A stretch of 31,251 bases of DNA from an uncultured Solirubrobacteraceae bacterium (GTDB taxonomy: Bacteria; Acidobacteriota; Terriglobia; Bryobacterales; Bryobacteraceae): NCBI GenBank assembly GCA_964658695.1, contig CBAAAA010000001.1, forward strand, positions 6,269 to 37,519. The letters are read 5' to 3'. Positions within the stretch are counted from its first letter, which is position 1, and every line of letters starts with the position of its first letter. Under the pieces are notes generated by a model. The model had not been told where the DNA came from. It made no database searches and saw only the letters and a list, made by a program, of their open reading frames with translations. Shown piece by piece: positions 25,232-31,251 of the stretch. The translations under genes and the position numbers were made by a program.

Positions 25232-26320
25232 ATGCAGGCCGCGACGCCACTCCGAGCGCTCCCCTTACTCTTCCCACTGGCGCTCCTGACAACACCAGGC
25301 GTGCGCGCCGCCTACACGGAGGCCGACGTGACCATCCCAAACCCCGCCGCGGCAAGCGTAACCCTGGCCGGAACACTACTTACGCCTGACTCCGGCAACA
25401 AAGTACCCGCGATCCTGTTGATCTCCGGCGCGGGGCCACAGGATCGTGACGGAACGTTCGCGGGTCACAAACCGTTCCGTGTACTCGCCGACTATCTGAG
25501 TCATCGCGGCTTCGCCGTATTACGCATGGACGACCGCGGGACCGCCAGTTCCACTGGCAAGTTCGAATCCGCCACCACCGCTGACTTTGCGACTGACGCT
25601 CAAGCCGAGCTGCAATTCCTGCGCTCGCGCCCGGAAGTAGATTCCGCTCATGTCGGCTTACTCGGACATGGGGAAGGCGCCGTGATCGCGGCTATGCTGG
25701 CGGCGAAAGATCAGACCATCGCCTTCGCCATTCTTCTGGCGTGTCCCGCGGTTCCCGGTATTAACGTTCTGGTTGCACAAACCATGGAGGCAGAAACCGC
25801 CAGCGGACTTCCGCAGGAACACATTGACCTGGATGCCCAGATCGGTTCCACGCTCTACAAACTGGCCGCTGAAGGAAAATCCGAAGACGACCTCCATACC
25901 GCTTTGAAGAAAGTCTCCCGTGGCGCTCCCCCGTTTTTAGTCGAGAACTGGAAGGCTCAGATTCCGCGGTTGACAAATCCCTGGCTGCGGTTTTTTCTGA
26001 ATTACGACCCCTCCAGCGCACTCGAACACGTTACTTGTCCAGTGCTCGCTCTTTACGGAGAACGGGATCTCCAGGTGCTCCCCGACCAGAACGCGCCCGA
26101 GCTGGAACGGGCTCTCAAACGGGCCCACAATCGCGAGGTGACGGTTCTCTCTTTAGCCCAGCTCAATTACATGTTCCAGACGTCCAAGACCGGCCTCGGG
26201 TCCGAATACCCGACCATCCCGGAAGACATCTCGAATGTGGCCTTGCACGACATCGGTCATTGGCTCGCCCGAGTTGCCAGTTCTTCGCATTCGGGAAGCC
26301 CGGCCCCTGCTCAGTTCTAG
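25232..26320 (+). CDS. Secreted alpha/beta-hydrolase-fold protein with substituted catalytic Ser and His
   Basis: Signal-like N-terminus; TLAGTLLTP, LLISGAGPQDRDG, RGFAVLRMDDRG, PVLALYGERDLQV. Nucleophile elbow reads GHGEG and the His loop reads LNYMFQ. Confidence 0.8.
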   Translation: MQAATPLRALPLLFPLALLTTPGVRAAYTEADVTIPNPAAASVTLAGTLLTPDSGNKVPAILLISGAGPQDRDGTFAGHKPFRVLADYLSHRGFAVLRMDDRGTASSTGKFESATTADFATDAQAELQFLRSRPEVDSAHVGLLGHGEGAVIAAMLAAKDQTIAFAILLACPAVPGINVLVAQTMEAETASGLPQEHIDLDAQIGSTLYKLAAEGKSEDDLHTALKKVSRGAPPFLVENWKAQIPRLTNPWLRFFLNYDPSSALEHVTCPVLALYGERDLQVLPDQNAPELERALKRAHNREVTVLSLAQLNYMFQTSKTGLGSEYPTIPEDISNVALHDIGHWLARVASSSHSGSPAPAQF

Positions 26321-26342
26321 CAACTGGCAAGTTGTAAATGGA

Positions 26343-26861
26343 TTACTGGACGCCCGGTCTGCGCTTCGATCGCGACCGTAGCGAAATGAATTCGCTGGCA
26401 GGAAGACTATTCGAAACAGCCCTAGGAAACAGGCTCTCAGGCTGTCCGCTACCCAGCAAATCGCGGAGAGTCGTCGTGCTTAGTACGCTGTCAACCGCGT
26501 CCTGTAACGAACGCCACAATGAACGCATCGAGCAACTGGTCGAATGCACGCACGAGCTCTCGGTGCCGGCATGGCGCGTGCAGAAATCGCCTTCATAGAT
26601 CCGGCCTCCGCCCAACGTTGTCAGAGCATCACCGACCATAATCCGCTCCGGAGGCAGCGCCAGCGTGTAGCCGCCTATCTTCCCGCGTGCGGCCTGCACC
26701 AGCCCGGCCTGCCGCAAAATGCGTAACAGCTTTGCTACATAAGGCGCCGAGATTCCTTCAATGCGGCTGATTTCCGGAATCGTGGCGCTCCCATCTGCGC
26801 CATGCCGCGCCACCTGCAATAGGCAGCGCAGACCGTATTCCTCATGAGAACTCAGCTTCAT
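26343..26861 (-). CDS. Rrf2-family transcriptional regulator with three Cys (likely Fe-S sensing), last gene of the suf operon
   Basis: MKLSSHEEYGLRCLL, HTH EISRIEGISAPYVAKLLRILRQAGLV, wing RGKIGGYTLA, C-x9-C-x5-C (FCTRHAGTESSCVHSTSCSMRSLW). TAATG overlap with sufT. Confidence 0.9.
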   Translation of the reverse strand: MKLSSHEEYGLRCLLQVARHGADGSATIPEISRIEGISAPYVAKLLRILRQAGLVQAARGKIGGYTLALPPERIMVGDALTTLGGGRIYEGDFCTRHAGTESSCVHSTSCSMRSLWRSLQDAVDSVLSTTTLRDLLGSGQPESLFPRAVSNSLPASEFISLRSRSKRRPGVQ

Positions 26862-27211
26862 TACCGTATCTTCGAAAGCGGAACCATATCCCGGCCCAAA
26901 TCCAGGTCAAAGCCAAGCGCCAGCCTCGCTGCATCCGACATCTTGCTGCGATCCCATGGTGGATCGAATACCAGCTCAATCTTTGCAGACTTCACCCCGT
27001 CGATGCCAAGGATCTTTTGTCGCACCTGATTCGGCATCACGTCTGCCACGGGACAGTTCGGCGCAGTCAGCGTCATCGTGACCACCACATCGCTCTCCTG
27101 GGAAATCTGGACGTCATAAATTAGTCCAAGCTCATAAATGTTCACCGGAATCTCAGGATCGTAGACCGTCTTGATAACGTTCACAACGCGAGTGCGCAGG
27201 TCTTCAGACAT
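26861..27211 (-). CDS. sufT: DUF59 / SufT-like Fe-S assembly protein
   Basis: VYDPEIPVNIYELGLIY, TLTAPNCPVA, FDPPW; located within the suf operon. Confidence 0.85.
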   Translation of the reverse strand: MSEDLRTRVVNVIKTVYDPEIPVNIYELGLIYDVQISQESDVVVTMTLTAPNCPVADVMPNQVRQKILGIDGVKSAKIELVFDPPWDRSKMSDAARLALGFDLDLGRDMVPLSKIR

Positions 27212-27213
27212 AC

Positions 27214-27657
27214 TTACTCGGTCGAAACCGGCTTATGCTCGCCTAGCAGCGCGGCATGCAGCGTGTGCCACGCCAGAGTCGCACACTTGACCCGCATCGG
27301 ATAGGCGCGCACTCCCGAGAACACCGCCAGCTTTCCAAGGTTCGCCGAAGCCGGTTTGTCTTCGGTCAGTAGTTCGTGAAAGCTTTCGAAGGTCTTCTCT
27401 GCTTCCTCTGGCGTCATACCCTTGATCGCGTCAGTCATGAGTGAAGCCGACGCCGTCGAGATCGCGCATCCAGCCCCTTGAAACGCCACCCCGGCCACGC
27501 GCCCGTCTTCGATCTTTAAGTGCAGCGTCAGGCGGTCTCCGCACAGCGGGTTGTACCCTTCGGCACTGTGTGTCGCCTGCTCCAGCGCGCCCCGGTTCCG
27601 CGGCCGCTTGCTGTGGTCAATGATCGTTTCCTGGTAAAGATCGCTGAGATCTGACAT
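27214..27657 (-). CDS. sufU: SUF-system sulfur-transfer/scaffold protein SufU
   Basis: LYQETIIDH, NPLCGD, GCAISTASAS, RVKCATLAWH; carries the SufU-type insert before the last Cys. Confidence 0.92.
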   Translation of the reverse strand: MSDLSDLYQETIIDHSKRPRNRGALEQATHSAEGYNPLCGDRLTLHLKIEDGRVAGVAFQGAGCAISTASASLMTDAIKGMTPEEAEKTFESFHELLTEDKPASANLGKLAVFSGVRAYPMRVKCATLAWHTLHAALLGEHKPVSTE

Positions 27658-28910
27658 TAGAGGAAAAACTCCTGAATCTTGCGCAGTCCGGCCATCAATG
27701 CATCAATCTCTGCAGCGGTGTTGTAAAAGGCCACCGATGCGCGCGTGGTAGCCGGAATCAGATAACGGTCCATCACCGGCTGCGCGCAATGGTGCCCGGT
27801 TCGCACCGCAATCCCCTGCTGATCGAGAATGGTTCCGATATCATGCGGATGCACGCCGTCCATGACAAACGAAAGAACACTCGCCTTGTGCGGCGCGGTC
27901 CCAATGATCCGGATGCCCTCTAAACGGGAGATCGACTCCGTGGCATACGCCAGCAACTCAGTCTCATATGCGGCAATGTTATCCAGGCCGATACGGCTTA
28001 CATAATCAATCGCCACGCCCAGGCCGATGATGCCGGCTACATCCGGGGTGCCTGCTTCAAACTTGTAGGGCAGCACGTTGTATTCTGTCTTCTCAAACGT
28101 GACCGAGCGGATCATGTCGCCGCCACCCTGAAAAGGAGGCATCGCTTCGAACAGCGCCCGCTTCCCGTACAACACACCGATTCCTGTCGGCCCAAATAAC
28201 TTGTGGCCAGAGAAGGCGTAAAAATCAGCGTTCAATTTCCGCACGTCCACCTGGATGTGCGGAACTGCCTGTGCCCCATCCACCACCACGACGGCTTTCG
28301 ATCGATGCGCCATCTCGACCATTTCGGCCAGAGGATTAACTGTCCCGAGCGCATTCGAGACATGCGATAGGGCCACCACACGAGTGCGCTCGTTCAATGC
28401 GTTCTGAAACTCATCGAGCGGCACGACACCGCGTTCATCGATGTGAACGACACGCAGATGCGCGCCCTTCTCTTCGCATAACATCTGCCAGGGAACGATA
28501 TTAGAGTGATGCTCCAGTCCTGTGATCAGGACCTCATCGCCAGATCCAATGTTCTGACGCCCGTGAGTCTGCGCAACCAGGTTAAGCGCCTCGGTCGCGC
28601 CACGTACGAAGACGATCTCGTCCGTCGAACCGGCATTGATAAACCGCTTCACCTTCTCGCGCGCCACATCACAGGCTTCCGTCGCCCGCACGCTCAATAA
28701 ATGCACCGCACGGTGAACATTCGCGTTGTAGTGAGTGTAGTAATCGACCAGCGAATCAATTACCGCCTGCGGCTTCTGTGTCGTTGCCGCATTGTCCAGA
28801 TACACCAGCGCTTTGCCGTGAACCCGTTCCTTCAGAATGGGAAAGTCATTGCGAACCGCTTCGACATCAAAGACCGCGGCGGTCTGTACCAACTCCGCCT
28901 GCGCGCTCAC
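27657..28910 (-). CDS. sufS: Cysteine desulfurase SufS (group II)
   Basis: YLDNAATTQKP, EHHSNIVPWQ, DGAQAVPH, SGHKLFGPTGIG, FEAGTP, RTGHHCAQP. GTGA overlap with sufD. Confidence 0.96.
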   Translation of the reverse strand: MSAQAELVQTAAVFDVEAVRNDFPILKERVHGKALVYLDNAATTQKPQAVIDSLVDYYTHYNANVHRAVHLLSVRATEACDVAREKVKRFINAGSTDEIVFVRGATEALNLVAQTHGRQNIGSGDEVLITGLEHHSNIVPWQMLCEEKGAHLRVVHIDERGVVPLDEFQNALNERTRVVALSHVSNALGTVNPLAEMVEMAHRSKAVVVVDGAQAVPHIQVDVRKLNADFYAFSGHKLFGPTGIGVLYGKRALFEAMPPFQGGGDMIRSVTFEKTEYNVLPYKFEAGTPDVAGIIGLGVAIDYVSRIGLDNIAAYETELLAYATESISRLEGIRIIGTAPHKASVLSFVMDGVHPHDIGTILDQQGIAVRTGHHCAQPVMDRYLIPATTRASVAFYNTAAEIDALMAGLRKIQEFFL

Positions 28911-30046
28911 GATGCCTTCTCCACCAGGTGACGGGAGTGAGCCAGCGATTCGAACAGCGCAGTCTCAAGATAACTGCGGACTTCCGCCACGCCAATCCGT
29001 TCGATCACGTCCCGTGCGAACGCAAAGATCAGCAGATTCCGCGCATCGATCTTCCCGATCCCGCGTGCGCGCAGATAAAACAGCGCCTCTTCATCCAGCT
29101 GCCCAACCGTAGCGCCATGGGTACAGCGCACATCATCGGCCAGAATCTGAAGCTCCGGCTTAGTATTGATGGTCGCGTTTTCCGACAACACCAGATTCTT
29201 GTTGGTCTGCTTGGCATCGGTCTTCTGAGCGTCTTTGCGCACGAAGATCTTGCCATTAAACACCGCGCTCGACGAGCCGTCCAGAATTCCCTTGTACAAT
29301 TCGTGGCTATTGGCATATGGATGCGCGTGATCGATCGCCGTATGATTGTCCACGTGCTGCCTGCCATGCAGCAGGTAAAGACCATTGACCGTGCCTTCAG
29401 CACCGGTCGAAAGATACGCGTTCACGTCGTTCCGCACCAGCAGGCCGCCCAACGAGATATTGTGCGACTTGAAATTCGAGTTCCTCGCCTGATGGACCTG
29501 AATCGTCGCGACGTGAAATGCTTCGGCGCTCTCCTCTTCCAGCTTGACGTGCTCGACAACCGCGTTCTCGCCGACCACAATCTCGGTTACCGCATTCGTG
29601 AAGTACCGGCCGCTGCCGCTATATCGCTCGACGATCTGCACCTGGCTACCTGATCCGACCACGATCAGATTCCGCTGATGCGTGGTCCGCTCCACCGTTG
29701 CCTTGTAATCGATCCAGATCGGCTTTTCAACAACGGTGTTGTCCGGAATATGAAGAAATGCTCCGTCTTCGAAGTTCGCCGTATTCAGCGCCACAAATGG
29801 ATTGCTCTCAAAAGAGGCGTAGCGGCCCAGATGCATCTCCACTAAATCCGGATTGCGCTCCAGGGCCGTACGCAGGCTAAACCCGTTCTCGCTGGGCGCA
29901 GCAACCGGATAGGGATTGCGAGCAATCGCAGCGACGCTAGTGAAGCGCCACTCCTCGTCGCGCGTGGTCGGAAACCCGCGGGCTTCAAAATGCTCCGCGG
30001 CGCGTCTGCGAACTTCTTCAAGCCCGGAGATCATCGCCATGGTCAT
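28907..30046 (-). CDS. sufD: Fe-S cluster assembly protein SufD
   Basis: [27 protein letters not shown]...[49 protein letters not shown] overlap with sufC. Confidence 0.95.
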   Translation of the reverse strand: MTMAMISGLEEVRRRAAEHFEARGFPTTRDEEWRFTSVAAIARNPYPVAAPSENGFSLRTALERNPDLVEMHLGRYASFESNPFVALNTANFEDGAFLHIPDNTVVEKPIWIDYKATVERTTHQRNLIVVGSGSQVQIVERYSGSGRYFTNAVTEIVVGENAVVEHVKLEEESAEAFHVATIQVHQARNSNFKSHNISLGGLLVRNDVNAYLSTGAEGTVNGLYLLHGRQHVDNHTAIDHAHPYANSHELYKGILDGSSSAVFNGKIFVRKDAQKTDAKQTNKNLVLSENATINTKPELQILADDVRCTHGATVGQLDEEALFYLRARGIGKIDARNLLIFAFARDVIERIGVAEVRSYLETALFESLAHSRHLVEKAS

Positions 30047-30816
30047 TGCGCAGTCCCCGCCAGTTCCTCGATTCCGACATAACCGCTCTCCTCAAGTGAA
30101 AGCGCCAGTTCTTTGCCGCCTGACTTCACAATGCGCCCTTCCGCCAGTACGTGAACGAAATCAGGAACGATGTGATTCAACAGTCGTTGGTAGTGCGTGA
30201 TGACGAGAATCGCCCGGTCGGGAGTTCGAAGCGTGTTCACGCCACTTGAGACAACCTTCAGAGCGTCAATGTCCAGGCCCGAATCCGTCTCATCCAGCAC
30301 CGCAAGAATGGGCTCCAGCACTGCCATTTGGAAGATCTCGTTGCGCTTCTTCTCACCGCCCGAGAACCCGGCATTCACTGCCCGGTTCAACAAACTTTCG
30401 TCCATGTTCATCATCGACATCTTCTGCCGCACCAGCGCCAGGAAGTCCATGGCATCCAGTTCCGGCTCGCCCTTCTTCTTGCGAACAGCGTTCAAGGCCG
30501 CTTTTAAGAAGTACAGGTTGCTCACGCCGGGGATCTCGACCGGATATTGAAACGCCAGGAAAATACCTTCCTGCGCGCGCTCCTCCGGATCCAGTTCCAG
30601 CAGGTTCTGCCCCTTGTAGATCACTTCGCCATCCGTGACCTCATACAGATCACGCCCGGCAATAACCTGCGACAGTGTGCTCTTGCCGGAGCCATTCGGC
30701 CCCATCACGGCATGCACTTCGCCCGGGTAAATGGTCAAATTGATCCCACGCAGGATCGGCTTGTCCCCGGCCTTGGCATGTAAATTCTTAATTTCGAGAA
30801 TCGGACTCTTCGACAC
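30043..30816 (-). CDS. sufC: Fe-S cluster assembly ABC ATPase SufC
   Basis: [53 protein letters not shown]. Confidence 0.97.
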   Translation of the reverse strand: MSKSPILEIKNLHAKAGDKPILRGINLTIYPGEVHAVMGPNGSGKSTLSQVIAGRDLYEVTDGEVIYKGQNLLELDPEERAQEGIFLAFQYPVEIPGVSNLYFLKAALNAVRKKKGEPELDAMDFLALVRQKMSMMNMDESLLNRAVNAGFSGGEKKRNEIFQMAVLEPILAVLDETDSGLDIDALKVVSSGVNTLRTPDRAILVITHYQRLLNHIVPDFVHVLAEGRIVKSGGKELALSLEESGYVGIEELAGTAQ

Positions 30817-30873
30817 TATGCTTCTCTCCGCCTGATTAAACCCAAGTGACTAACCAAATTGATGCTGACGTGA

Positions 30874-31251
30874 CTAGCCAACGCTTCCTTCCAAACTGAC
30901 GCCCAATAACTTCTGCGCTTCCACGGCGAACTCCATTGGGAGTTCCCGGAACACTTCTTTGCAGAAGCCGTTCACGATCATGTTTACGGCATCCTCCGTC
31001 GGGATCCCGCGCTGGCGGCAGTAAAAAATCTGATCCTCGCCGATCTTTGAGGTGGACGCCTCATGCTCGATGCTCGAGGACGTGTTCTTTACTTCGAGAT
31101 ACGGAAACGTGTGCGCCCCGCACTTGTCGCCTAGCAGCATTGAGTCGCACTGTGAATAATTTCGCGCGCCCGCCGCACCTTTCAAAATCTTGACCGAGCC
31201 GCGGTAGGTATTCTGCCCGTGGCCGGCAGAGATGCCCTTGGCGACGATGGT
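30874..31251 (-). CDS. sufB: Fe-S cluster assembly protein SufB, C-terminal fragment (5' part outside window)
   Basis: Frame is open to the window end: [83 protein letters not shown]. Confidence 0.96.
   Translation of the reverse strand, partial: TIVAKGISAGHGQNTYRGSVKILKGAAGARNYSQCDSMLLGDKCGAHTFPYLEVKNTSSSIEHEASTSKIGEDQIFYCRQRGIPTEDAVNMIVNGFCKEVFRELPMEFAVEAQKLLGVSLEGSVG

Overview
Bacterial chromosomal window with no RNA genes, CRISPR array or mobile element that I can support. The Oar-type TonB-dependent transporter, the membrane-anchored 'wHTH-like' regulator family and the propeller sensor kinases suggest Acidobacteriota (inference). Left to right: the 3' end of a HisKA_3-type sensor kinase (+), then on the minus strand an enoyl-CoA hydratase, an orphan secE, an 80-aa membrane peptide ending in RAPPA, the pnkp-hen1 RNA repair pair, a TonB-dependent transporter, a frameshifted membrane-anchored regulator, treS fused to a degenerate maltokinase domain, an otsB-like gene and a propeller/Y_Y_Y hybrid histidine kinase. 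A divergent secreted subtilase (+) with a Trp hexad-repeat tail follows, then ypdA and alaS (-), an alpha/beta-hydrolase (+) lacking its catalytic Ser and His, and the 3' part of a suf operon (sufB-C-D-S-U-T-rrf2, -). The most promising observation is a candidate ribosome-arrest 'monitoring' peptide (hydrophobic segments plus C-terminal RAPP) directly upstream of a secE outside its usual tRNA-Trp/nusG locus, with alternative hairpins able to mask or free the secE Shine-Dalgarno. Also notable: three proteins with substituted catalytic residues and three likely leaderless genes. All family assignments come from motif recognition by eye; no database searches were run.
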